Shown: positions 1 through 11,676 of the stretch, one piece after another
Numbering within the stretch: position 1 is the stretch's first letter
How the letters are laid out: every line of letters begins with the position of its first letter
Origin: Nemertoderma westbladi
Taxonomy: Eukaryota; Animalia; Xenacoelomorpha
Reading direction: 5' to 3'
Assembly: GCA_032718475.1 (NCBI GenBank)
Contig: JAUCBJ010004395.1
Location: 1-50,639, forward strand
Length of the DNA: 50,639 bases
The notes under the pieces: generated by a model
The model's database searches: none
Told to the model about the DNA's origin: nothing
The model's input: the letters and a program-made list of their open reading frames with translations, nothing else
Translations under genes and position numbers: made by a program

Positions 1-824
1 CGCTGATTTCGTTTCTGAGGTCAGTTTTAACTTTTAATGAAATCTAGTGTGTCTGTATGTTTTTCTGTCTGTCTGTCGGTCTTTCTGACTATCCTACTAT
101 CTGTCTGTCAAATATAAGAAAAAGGCACACCATTTAGCTAAAAGTTTAGCTATAGGGGTTTACCTGGTCCCAGAATTCATTTCCAGTGTCATTTTTAACA
201 TTTGATGACTTCCAAATTGTCTCTTTGGCTGTCACACTGTCGCTTATATTTTGACACGCAGACTGACGACAGGCATACAGACAGAACCGGCAAGGCCAAA
301 TTTGATTTATGACATCAGAAATGAAGTCACCGACCACGAAAACCCATACAGGGAATTTTTTAGAAAGATAGTATGCTTTTTATTGACGGACAGACATACT
401 GACGGACAAACCGACAGTAAAACGGACAGACAGCCATATCTCGAGAAGTAAGACAGATCTTGCTAAACGGTTTTCAAATTTGGAATCTTGATAAAAATCT
501 GCTCTAGATGAAATAAAAAAAAGCGGGGTAGCGCTACCCCCCCCCCCCCCCCCCCCATCCCCCTCTTAATGTCAGGTTTCTACCTTGTTACAACGTCCAT
601 ATTTATAACAATGACGTCACCACTGTAAGAAGTCGCCTTCACTTCACAATATATTTAATTTCCGGGTTTCCCTCTGCGGCTAAATATTGATTAAATAAGG
701 TTTTCTTGTTTAGGGTTTTCTTAGATTCAGTTTCTTGTAATGGAAGGAAATATTTCTTATCATTGCGCCTGCACACACGATTTTAAACTACCCTTTGAAT
801 GGGTCAATATTTTCCTCCCAATAG

Positions 825-984
825 ATCACAAAGCACCCTGTCCTCGTTTAATTGCTGGTACCAGCTAATCGCCTCCACGAAGCAACTCAGTTCCGATCAC
901 TCTGTCTTCGCCGATATAATGACAAACAACATCGCGGTTCGCTTCCAACAGATTTCCGACGATCTACAGCGAATATATAAGAAG
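825..984 (+). CDS. SRGAP: srGAP exon (F-BAR)
   Basis: caatag| acceptor and AAG|gttggt donor. Translates SQSTLSSFNCWYQLIASTKQLSSDHSVFADIMTNNIAVRFQQISDDLQRIYKK, matching the srGAP 'LSPVNCW...DH..LSDIY.NNI..RF..ISED..RLFKK' segment. Confidence 0.88.
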
Positions 985-1318
985 GTTGGTTTCATAACAA
1001 TCTACCGATCGAATGTGGGCCAGATGTTTGGTATTATTACGGACATTTATGTTTACGGTAATACCGTAATACGGTAGTTACGGTAACACGGTAATAGTTA
1101 CGGTTATACTTGTACCTGGAAATGTTGTACCTCTAGTCTAGTTGTGGTATGATATTCGGTTTGACACCTGGAAATGTTGTACCTGTAGTCTAGTTGTGGT
1201 ATGATATTCTTTTTGACAGAAATTTTGGTAGTTTGTCACTGTGAAATGCATCGTTAAATAATATTAGATTTTACTTTAATTTAACGAGATGCGTTTTATT
1301 ACTTTTCGCATTATTTAG

Positions 1319-1526
1319 TGCCGGGGAAATTGCGCAATCTTGCCACGTAGACATCGGACAAGTGTTGGAGGACCTATACAACATGATCAAGTCCTACCAT
1401 GTCGCTCACACCGACTTCGCGAATAATGAACAAAAGTTGAGAGTTGTGGAGCAGAAACTAGTTGATTCCCAAAGTAAAAAGATCGGGCCAAAAAGTTTGA
1501 GGAACTTAGAGAAACACAAGGATAGG
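1319..1526 (+). CDS. SRGAP: srGAP exon (F-BAR), with apparent +1 G near its start
   Basis: ttatttag| acceptor and AGG|gtacgt donor. EIAQSCHVDIGQVLEDLYNMIKSYHVAH...EQKL...LEKHKDR resembles the srGAP 'ELYTVMKTYHMYH...ESKL' region. Confidence 0.82.
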
Positions 1527-1980
1527 GTACGTTCAATATTGTAATATACTAAATTAATTAATACTTAAGTGTTTTTATACAGTGAGATCTTACCTAATTA
1601 ACATATAATGTATGCAATTATTTTTTAAAATGGAAAGGCTCTCAGAGGGATGGTCATCTGATCATCATGATCATCATGATCTTTCATCATTTGTGCAGAA
1701 TGGCGATCCTATTACCAGAATTTTGATAAATGCTCATGTTGAAAAATTATTCGAAAAAAAACGTTTTTTTTTGCCTCATTTTTGACACTTTGCCATTTTT
1801 TACCTAAATTTGACACTTTTTGACCTATATTTCAGCCTTTTGACCTACCATTTAAAAAATGGTAATAGGTCTTAAGCACCCAATCATCATTCATGCCAAA
1901 TTTCACGTCATTCGTTCATATTTGGAAAAGCCTTTGCATTTTGAAATTTAAAATTTACATTCTTCAGAAAACACATGTAA

Positions 1981-2646
1981 CAAGGTGAACAAGGTCAGGT
2001 AGTGGCGATAAAATGCGACCACTCGGTGGAAGCTGAAATAGTTCGACTGTTCGACCTCATAGAGATGAAAGAGAATCGTCTAGACATTCTAGTCAACCAG
2101 TGTTTCCCCGGGAAGTCTGTCATCCAAGATCACACTGGTGACTACTTCTGGGAATGGCCAATAAACAGCTTCACGAAAATGGCCGGAATTGGGCTAACGG
2201 CTCACTACGTGGCTTCCGTGCTCGGCGCGCGAATTATGGTGAGACAAGGGAGCGGGTTAATAGTGAACACAACGGACGGATACCAAGGCAAACCCAAGGA
2301 GGACGGATCCGAACCCGAACATGTTTTCTTCGGTGCGACCTACTGCATGGTGAAGGCGGCTATAGACCGCATGACGGTGACCACGGCCAAGGATCTACGC
2401 CCACGCAACGTGGCCGTAGTCGGGTTAGAACCCGGGGTCACTCTAACTGATCACGTAAAGACCTTGAAGTACAAAGTCGACACGGGTGATCACGAGGAGA
2501 GCGAGCGGGGTCTTATTGACCTACTGCGGCCAATATTCGCAGCCAATCAGTCGTTCTCAGTGGAGACTGCAGGGCGTTCAGTCGTCGCCTTGGCAACAGA
2601 CAAAGAAGTCATGAAGCAAACCGGTAGAATTTGGCATAACGGATAA
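1981..2646 (+). pseudogene. DHRS1-like short-chain dehydrogenase/reductase fragment lacking the N-terminal TGxxxGxG motif
   Basis: Motifs CDHS, LDILVN, GLTAHY, GSGLIVN and catalytic YCMVK (YxxxK), followed by AAIDRMT...AKDLR. An in-frame TAA lies at 1978-1980, and the ORF stops early after TGRIW. Confidence 0.7.
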
Positions 2647-2763
2647 TTGGCTGCACTTTATTGAAATAAACTTGAGTTTTACTACTTCAATAGACTGACT
2701 ATTAATTGTAGGTGCAGTGACGTAAGCAGTGTTGAAACACAGGATGTTATTAGTATTATTATT

Positions 2764-2870
2764 TAGGGATGCGACAGAGCTCCGGAAATCCGGAGCTCCG
2801 GGCCAATTTTCTAGTTCCGGTTCTGGTTCCGGCTCCGGGCAAATTAACCCGGAGCCAATCCGGAGCTTAT
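2764..2870. mobile_element. End of a non-autonomous hAT-like element (TAGGGATGCGACAGAGC family)
   Basis: The terminus TAGGGATGCGACAGAGCT plus CCGGAG subterminal repeats recurs at 49427. A short reverse-complement end (TCGCATCCCTA) lies near 27445. Confidence 0.45.
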
Positions 2871-3154
2871 ATTGTTTAAATTCGAATTAAAATAATAAGT
2901 TTTTCTGATGTATGAATAATGTAAATATCATAGTAATTAACATAATAACTCAATAAGTAATTTACAGCTTGTTTTCAAGATTCCTGATAACCCCCCACCC
3001 CCACTTGTGAAGTTGTTTAAATATTTCAACAAAAATATTGAAATTAGTCGGTTAATTCAATTAATATTATGAGATATTAATATTCTTTCCTAATTAAAAA
3101 CCTTAAATACATGTACTATAGTTTCGGTCGTCAGTCCATAGCCCCCATTCCACC

Positions 3155-3311
3155 GATCCGTCCTCCTTGGGTTTGCCTTGGTATCCGTCCGTTGTGTTCA
3201 CTATTAACCCGCTCCCTTGTCTCACCATAATTCGCGCGCCGAGCACGGAAGCCATGTAGTGAGCCGTTAGCCAAATTCCGGCCATTTTCGTGAAGCTGTC
3301 TATTGGCCATT
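3155..3311 (-). repeat. 157-bp inverted duplicate of SDR segment 2153-2309
   Basis: Reverse complement matches 2153-2309 with three substitutions seen by eye (N>D, G>W, V>M). Confidence 0.92.
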
Positions 3312-4524
3312 GTTTGGTGAACAAATAAAATACACCATCATCGTGAAATCTATTCAAGTAAAAAACGCGGCGACAAAAATGAAGAACACCACATTGACTG
3401 GGTAGATAAGGACGAGGTAGAGTTAGACACAGGAAGTGGCACAATAGTCGATCGTAGACCTGGTGCACTTCCGGTGATCAATGTCGAAACTCAGATGTCG
3501 TCATTCCGATGGGAGAGAATATTATGTGGGGTGTATTCTTCTTATGTGGGGTTAATGCCTAATGGTCCTCTTCTGACGTATGGTACAACGTTATACCGGA
3601 CAACGTTATTTTTTTTTGCTATTTTGGTATCTCAAATTTACTACGAAGCTTTGTTTATTTGTTCACGGGTGGGTATTAAACACAGAAGGGATATTAATTG
3701 TTAATACCTGAATTGTATTTTTAATGGCCAAAATGGGTCGGTAATTACAATAACAAAATGTGAAATTTGTCCCCTGTGTGAGGTTTTTTATTTTCAAAAT
3801 TCGTGGTGTTGTTTACGGTAAATACCTGTGGAGACGACATATTTAACAGGCTGTACGGCTTCAGGCAACAGAAATTTAATACTAAAATTTTCTAATCATT
3901 TGAAGTATTTGACTTGGGTGAAATCTGTTAATGTAATGGTTCAAAGTTTTCTATTGTGATCCCCCACCACCTGTACGAATTCCTTGAGATTTGATAAATT
4001 CCACCAGCAACAACACTTTGTATATCAACAAAGGTTTCATAAGTTGTATTTCATCTGCAAGAGATCTGGACGTACGTACTTTACAGTAAGCAATGGACTT
4101 TATTGTGTTCTGATTTATTTTCACTAATTCACTGCATTCGTTCGTGTAACAGACCAATCGGATCGGGCCATTGCAATTTGTTGCTTCACACACAACGACA
4201 CAACACAAGTAAATAGTGGTGATTTAATATAGTGTGAACCATTGAGAAACTAGTTCTTTCGTAAAATTTATCGCGAATGTGTTTTTAGAGATTTTCCACG
4301 ACACTTCGTGGCCCATTATTACTTTCTAATAAGTGTAGTCAGAAAATGGTGTAACCTCCCCCCCCCCCCCCCCCCCCCATCAATCCTAAAACATGGATCA
4401 TTATATTGATCCGGCTGCACCTAATATCTGCCAATCCTTATTGTGCCCCTCCATTTTCCGCATTTCACTTTTTTTTACTGCAACCAAACAAACAACCCCA
4501 ATTTGAACGTTTTTTTTTACGCAG

Positions 4525-4765
4525 AGAATGGCAAAATTCGAAGAGGCCCGATTAAAGTGCTTATCTGCTCGTAATGAATACATTCTATCAATGGGTGCGG
4601 CAAACGGGGCCATCACAAAGTACTTCGTACAAGACCTGTCCAGTCTGATGGACTGTATGAACATGGGTTACCATTCGGCAGTAGAGATGGCATTCCGCAC
4701 CCACCTCAGTTCGGAAAACTGTATCGCTAAATCAAAGAAAGACAATCTAGACGCTCTAAATATGG
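4525..4765 (+). CDS. SRGAP: srGAP exon (F-BAR)
   Basis: tttacgcag| acceptor and G|gttagt donor. RMAKFEEARLKCLSARNEYILSM.AAN....KYFVQDLSSLMDCMNMGYH matches the srGAP 'KARNEYLL...TN....KYYIHDLSDLIDCCDLGYH' segment. Confidence 0.93.
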
Positions 4766-4904
4766 GTTAGTTATCACAACTTATTCGTGATTTTATTGTG
4801 TAGCTTTTTTTTTATAGAGAAAGATAATATTGCCTAGTTTATTATACTTTTTTTGAGTTTCCAATAATTTATCATTTTATGATAGATATTATTTACACCA
4901 TTCG

Positions 4905-4980
4905 CCCTCGTGGTACGATGGCAATTTGGTCCTAGCGTTGGAACCTCATTCGAGAGGTCGTCGGTTCGATCCCAATCTGA
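4905..4980 (+). mobile_element. tRNA-derived SINE head or tRNA pseudogene
   Basis: A-box-like TGGTACGATGG and B-box GGTTCGATCCC. No clean cloverleaf. Confidence 0.4.
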
Positions 4981-5611
4981 GTATTGCGAATTCTTTGTAA
5001 TGTAACAAAGTGAGCTATGATGATTACCTTTCTTTACCATTCGCAGTTTCCGACAGAAATTGTATTCTAGTATATCTGGGATATCATTCATGATGTTTAT
5101 GGATCTGAGCTCAATTTTGTTACAACTTAACGCATATTTTCAATTTGCGTGTTTGTATTTGTTTCTTACGTACCTATACGTCTACGTACGCCAACCTACC
5201 CTAAATTAGTTACCAATACACATTTGTCGTGTTTTGTTCTACTCCGTGTGGTGATATGATGGATAAGACAAACAGATCCTATAGAGAATATCGGGGACTA
5301 ATATCTCATGTAATATGTAACAATATAGTACACAATAACATGTATGCGCACATCACTGTACAATAGCCCGTACTGCAGTATCTGACCTATATTGCACTGT
5401 TATTATAACTTTTGTTGGGAACAGTTTTGCAATGACGTCCCGGTGGGATAGCCCATAACACCAATATAATAAATTATATTGCACTGTGGTACCGGAATAT
5501 TGCCCATGTGAAGAATACCAGGTTTTCACCAAAAACACAGGTTCCCGAATTGCTGAATCTAACCAAAACAATAAACGAATTAGTATATGTACAGGTTATA
5601 CGACAGAAATA

Positions 5612-6663
5612 CTACTACTACTAGGTCGAGCGAACTCGGACAGTGGATATGAGATCCTTCCAGGCTTCCCGATTCTCCATAGTTGTCGCAAGTTCGTTTC
5701 TCCCAAGTTCAGTATCCCTTTCAAGTTGATCTATATATGTTATGGCCGGTCGTCCACGACTACGCTTTCCATTAGTTGGTTGCCAGAAAAGTAGATCTGA
5801 TATGACCTCGTCTTTACTTCGCCAGCAGTGCCCACTGAATCTTAATCTGCGTTCGCGGAGGGTGGTTGATACAGGTGGTATTGGACCATAAAGCTCGGCG
5901 TTTGTCATGTGTTGTCTCCAGCTGATGTTTAGGGCTGCCCTTAGTAGTCTTGTGTAGCAACCATCAATTCGTTGTTCAAGTGATTTAGTCAGTGTCCAGG
6001 TCTCACCCCCGTATAAAAATACACTTTCCACTGTGGCTCGAAAGAACTTAGTCTCCAGGTGCCTGGGGAGATCTGATTTCCAGATGGTATCCATTTTTGA
6101 TAGAGCTACCCAAGCCTTTGCTTTCCTAACTGCTATGTCCTTTTTGCTACTCTCTATCCATGATCCAAGGTACTGGAAATCGTCGACCTTCCTTAGTTGA
6201 TTATTATATCAATGGTTGTCAAGTTTCCATCAACATTAAAAGTCATGAATTCGGTCTTAGTAGCATTTATATGCAATTCAACCTCCTTAGCAGCCCTCTC
6301 CACTTTATTTAGTAGAAGCTGTGCATCTGCTAGCGTATTAGAGAGCAGGGCGATGTCATCCGCAAAGTCGGTGTCTGTGACTGTAGTTGCCGGATATCTA
6401 CTACTTCTGCGTTCTTGAAGTGTGAATCCCAGATCTTCACCTTTTGTGGCCGTCCTCATTGCGTAATCCAGCACAATTACAAATAGTAATGGTGCTAATG
6501 TGTCACCTTGCAGTACGCCAGCCAGGATTGAGAAAAACTCCGTTTCACCATCTGGTGAGAGTACCTGCGCTTCTGTGTCACAATATAACAATACAATGCC
6601 AGCAACAGGTATTCCATAAGCTCTTAGGATTTCAAGCATTGTGCCTCTATGGATGGAGTCGAA
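5612..6663 (-). mobile_element. 5'-truncated RTE-clade LINE (C-terminal RT), frame-disrupted
   Basis: FDSIHR, GVLQGDTLAP, FADD, FQYLGS and RRLRFSGHCWR...RGRP motifs. A (TAG)n tail follows the stop. A 10-bp TSD GACAGAAATA lies at 5602-5611 and 6664-6673. Confidence 0.92.
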
Positions 6664-7463
6664 GACAGAAATAAGCGCTATAAAACACTTACTAAAGATA
6701 AATTAAAAAAAAATCTTCATATATAAAATTCCAATAAAAAATCGACCGAAAAGTGAATCCTGGTATTCTGGTATTCTTCACATGGGCGTTGTGAATACCG
6801 GTACTACTAGACTACAACTACAACTAAATACTGAATTTCCTACCGTAAAGTATGTAAACTGAAAGTAAAACAGGTTCACACCACCTGTATGTGGCTAGCC
6901 CTTTTTCCTATGTAATATCGCAACATTCATGGTCATAACACACTATATTCCAGGGAGAGAGGAGTAAAGAAAAACACAATTTTATAATGTACTAGCTCTT
7001 CAAGTTGCGTACAAGTACGCCTTGGTTGCATATCGCTCAACTCAGGTATTACCAACTCCAAATCATACAGCATATTGCTATAATGTACCGTAGAGTGCGT
7101 CCTCGTATAAGCGAACATTTTACATAAGGCCCAGCTTAAAAACACGCGTATGTGGGTGTAGCATACGTGTGTGCTATTTCACATACACCATCACCCGTAA
7201 TATTTCAACTTTTTTTGAGTTGGTTGGAGCACCCCCCCCCCCCCCCCCACCCCCCTCCTTCTCCTAATTTCAATTAATATTATGGTATGATGATATTTTC
7301 ACACTATTTGAACACTTGGAACATACAGTTATTACAATCACGATGAATACATACGATTGAACTATTTATTGAAGTTCGTTAATTTACAATGTTCTTTATA
7401 TGTTTTCTTCTCAGTTGCTCATCAGTTTTCATTCCTGACAGTTATTGCAGCGGATAGCAGACT

Positions 7464-7671
7464 TCAGATATATTTGAGTTTCATTTCGACTTTTGTCGCT
7501 GGAGTGTCTCCTTTCGTCGAGGTGCACCACTTTGGCCCAACAACGCCATATTTGCCGTTAAGATTGGAACACCCGCAGCTCTCCGCTCCTAGACTTTTCA
7601 ATGACATTGACCACCAACCACCAGCACCCCCTTTTCGCGGCTTATGATGACAGTATGCGGGAGGTTTACCC
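7464..7671 (-). CDS. C-terminal part of a fibrinogen-related domain, putative last exon of the FReD gene at 12694-14768
   Basis: C..GGWW...CGCSNLNGKY...W...KVEMKL is the canonical FReD C-terminus. The acceptor ttgacctctaacag| is phase 2, compatible with a GG|gtactg donor at 12694/12693. Confidence 0.7.
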
Positions 7672-8262
7672 CTGTTAGAGGTCAAGTAATACACCTTGCG
7701 CACACCTGCCATTTCTATAACCCTATTTTTTCTGTTTTGTTTTTAATTGTGGTAAAGCATAAGAAAGAGTGTGTCGCTATTATTACCATTATAAAAATAA
7801 CATCAAATTTTTGATAGCTAAAAGGTAGCAGGTGTTTTTGAGAACGTCAATATATGGTGCTAGTCAATATTTGAATGGTAGATTTTGCTATTTTCCGTTC
7901 CTATATTTATTGCAAAAATTACATCGGTCTACAAATACTTTATTAGTCAAGTCAAACGAGCAAAAAAGTTTGTGTATCTCAAAGCTAATCAGCTGTTCAT
8001 CCGAAACAATGTCCTAATTATTAATCATAATTATTAATTATTAACTCATTGCAGTGCAATTTAATTGGTTTGGCTTCATTTGCCTGATTAATACGTCGGG
8101 CTATTTTTTATATATTTAAAAATTGGATGCGACTACAGTTACCGACTATAATAGTTACCCAGTTATAATAATTAATTAACGTGCGACAGGCCAGTGTAAA
8201 TTGTTTTAATTCCCCATTGAATCACAGCATATTGAGCAATTAATTAAATTATTATAAAACAA

Positions 8263-8646
8263 TTGACTACTTATTCTTTCTTCCTAACAATATCAAACCA
8301 AATTCTAACAAATCAGGAGGTCATTGACCTGATCTCGGACTGGACTTTAAAGGAAGCAGTCAAGGTAGGTTTGGGCAACTTCAATATCACCGCATCAGCA
8401 GAAATACATCAACCAATTCAGGACAACAGTTACCAGTGTGGTGTCTATGTGTGTCAGTACGCAAAAGCCTTGCTAAATAATGGTGACATCTCAGGGGTCA
8501 ATGACCGATCAACCGCTGGACTCAGGGTCAATCTGCTGCAGCTTATTAAAGACCATAACCAGCCACCAGAAGCCACACCGCCAGTAGACACATCGCCAAA
8601 AGCCACTCCGCTAGAAGCCACAACGACAGATACCACAACGCCATAA
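8263..8646 (+). CDS. C-terminal half of a Ulp1/SENP-like (C48) cysteine protease, in frame with the downstream retrotransposon ORF
   Basis: QPIQDNSYQCGVYVCQYA fits the C48 Q..N..DCG(V/L)(F/Y) motif. Same frame as 8794-11676, separated only by TAA at 8644-8646. Confidence 0.6.
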   Translation: MTTYSFFLTISNQILTNQEVIDLISDWTLKEAVKVGLGNFNITASAEIHQPIQDNSYQCGVYVCQYAKALLNNGDISGVNDRSTAGLRVNLLQLIKDHNQPPEATPPVDTSPKATPLEATTTDTTTP

Positions 8647-11600
8647 GCCACATCACGCCAGACCCTAACTCCCACAGTATCTTTCGCTGCACACAGCATC
8701 AATCACCAACCCAAACCCACTGGAATATGTAGCGAGAACAATGTCAGTTCATGTGACGCCACTGGAAAGTTTCCGTGCCCAGTATGTGGCCGTATGTTTG
8801 CCCGAAGTGTCAATAACGGTCGGCTTCGCCCACACGGTCTGCATGGCAACCAGTGTATGGGATCTGGATCGTTGCTCACACCAGCTGAAACTCTTACCGT
8901 TACTAGCCAATCAGGTCATCCCAAAACGGCGCCTGGCCTTTCCTCGTCATCCTCCAGAGTAAGCCTACTGGAAAAGTTGCTTGGAAACCGCCAGAGACAA
9001 GTGAAACATGTTCCCAGAGGATCCCGGAGCAATCTAGCTGATCTTCTACGAGAGATTATGAACTCCATCACTTCCGATCCGAAAAATGAAGACAATTGGG
9101 AAAGATTGCTTATGGTGGGACACGCCTGCCTTGCTGTACCAAAGCGTGGGGGTAGAAGGCACCAAAAGTCGTTAGCTAGTATAATAAACCTACGCATCGT
9201 TGCATATCGTGCAGGCTGCGTGAACCTTGAGCCCGAACCCCCACGTCAGTACCGAACAAATGCTAGGAAGAGAGATGATTTAACTCGCTTGGCAACCTTG
9301 GTGGCAGAGAAAATTGATGAGGGTGACGTAAAGGGAGCGATAAGGCCTGCCTCCTCAACAGATACCATGGCCCCTAACAACTCTGAGACTCTGGAGAAAT
9401 TGAAGTCCAAACATCCACCTTGCCCTCCAGACAGACGACAACTACCACCGATGACTGAGAGCCTCGCCCCTCCGGCCACCCCTGACATCATCAGGAAATT
9501 AATTAACTCCTTCCCCAACGGAAGTGCTGGAGGTCCAGATGGAATACGACCACAAATTTGGAAAGACCTCATAAGCCTATCCACTGGAGAATCTGGATCC
9601 CGTTTGCTCGGAGCGCTCTGCAAACTCGTTGACTGCATCATTGACGGCAAAACACCAGCCTCAGTCTGCCCGACCGAATTCGGAGCAAACTTGTTTGCCT
9701 TCGCGACGCCAGGGAAGATCAGACCTATAGCAGTAGGCAACTCGCTGCGGCGGCTCTGCTCTAAATATGCCGGACATCTAGCAAAGGAGAAGCGGTGCAA
9801 CTCGTATGGAATTGTGCAGTTAGGTATCGGCACCAAGAATGGTGCTGAGGCTGTCGCACACGCGACTAGGTCAATGACCACCGCCACTAATGATGACTAC
9901 ACGGTGCTGTTGAAGGTAGACTTTAGCAACGCATTTAATACTCTCCGGCGCGACTCGTTCCTTGAACATATTTATGATCACACACCAGTAATATACAACT
10001 ATGCACTTTCAGCATATGGAAACAGCAGCCACCTCATCTACGCAGACACCGTACTATCTTCTGAAGAGGGCCTTCACCAAGGCGACCCAGAGGGGCCATA
10101 TATCTTTGGCGACACTGTCAACCCACTGGCCCAGTCAATGAAGTCAAACTTCAACACATGGTATCTGGATGATGGAAACCAAGCTGACCAGTACCCCGTT
10201 GTGCTCGCGGATCTGCAAAAGATAATGTCGGAAGGTGCTGCACTAGGTCTCAAAGTAAACCCCTCCAAGTGCGAGCTATATTTCCTGGGTAATGTTCCAC
10301 CAATTGATCGCCAACGGATAGAGAAAGAATTTGACGCCATATGCCCAAGTATCAAGTTCCCACCAACGGAGGATCTAATCATGCTAGGCGCGCCCATTGG
10401 TACTAATGCAATCAAATCATGCCTGAATAAGAAAGTCAGCAACCTCACAACACTAAGTAGTCGTCTCCACCTACTTGACAACCACCATGGCTTCTTCCTC
10501 CTGAAGAACTCCATCTCTATACCCCGGCTTATGTATTTCCTTCGGTCTGCCCCATGTTTTTCATTTCCAGAGCTACTTGATGACTACGATAAGACGCTGC
10601 GCAGCGCACTGGAATCCGTTTCCAACACCCGGATTAACGACTCAGCTTGGAAGCAAGCATGCCTGCCGGCCCGGATGGGAGGCCTCGGTATTAGTTCAGC
10701 CACATTGCTCGCACCACCTGCCTTCTTGGCATCCGCGGCTATGTGTGAGGAACTCTCTAGCCGACTCTTCACCACTTCTCAGCGCAGCCCAGACCAAACA
10801 TTGGAAATCGCAATGGATCGATGGAAATCCTCAGTCACACCGGAATCAGTGCCACCAACTAGCACCAACCAGAAATCTTGGACAACACCAATCCACGAAG
10901 TCAACCTTGCTTCACTTCACACCTCCGCCTCACCCCACGATATTGCCCGGCTCAACTCGGTGGAAGACCCAACCGCAGGTTGTTGGCTCGATGCTATTCC
11001 AAGTTCTGCTTTGGGCCTCAAGTTAACGGACGCTCAGTTCAGGATCTCCATCGCGACCCGCCTCGGATGCCAGGTTACCGAGCCCCATGAGTGTACCAGG
11101 TGTGGCACTGCTGTTGAAGCTGACGGCCTACACGGACTCTCGTGCCAACGAAGCGCTGGCCGGTTGCCTCGCCACACAATGATCAATGAGATCGTAAAGC
11201 GGGCACTGGCTAGCTGTGACGTACCATCCATCCTAGAACCACCGGGTCTATGCCGAGGGGATGGCAAACGAGTAGACGGTATGTCCCTAGTCCCTTGGTC
11301 CAGGGGCAAAACGCTGACATGGGACGCCACAGTTGTACACCCACTCGCCCAAAGCCACCTGGCAACAAGCATACATACCGGCGGACGTGCTGCTGAAAAC
11401 CAGGAAACCCTCAAGATCAGGAAATATCAGGAGCTTATTGACCAGGGTTTCCTATTCACGCCAGTCGCCTTTGAAACGTTTGGTCGCCCCGGTCCGGCAA
11501 CGGAAGTTTTCCTGAAGGAGGTCGGTAGGAGGATACATTTATCAACACAGGATCCTCGCTCTCATCGTTTCCTGCTTCAGCGCATCGCGGTCGCAATACT

Positions 11601-11676
11601 CGTTGGGAACTCGGCCGCAGTCCTCGGTACAGTTGAATCTCCGTCAGAGGGCCTATTCGATATCCTAGGCATCTAG
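8647..11676 (+). mobile_element. CRE-clade non-LTR retrotransposon ORF: N-terminal zinc finger, reverse transcriptase, CCHC knuckle, restriction-like endonuclease
   Basis: Open frame from 8647 (first ATG 8794). Motifs: CPVC..HG..C, SAGGPDG, IRPIAVG, QLGIG...GAE, DFSNAFN, QGDP, YLDD, GGLG, CTRC...HGLSC, RH, RVDG, WDATV, K..KY, FETFG. Confidence 0.88.

Noticed and set aside
1110-1240. Spliced-leader or snRNA gene suggested by an Sm-site-like AATTTTGG
   Set aside because: Only a short local duplication plus a common AT-rich word; no convincing structure.
4905-4980. Functional tRNA genes here and at 28150-28226
   Set aside because: A and B boxes are present but I could not fold proper acceptor and anticodon stems, so they are treated as SINE heads.
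8794-11676. Bacterial RT system (retron, DGR, group II intron) or R2 element
   Set aside because: The C-terminal CCHC plus RLE and the QLGIG/GAE motifs indicate a CRE-like non-LTR element. No rDNA flanks and no bacterial context.
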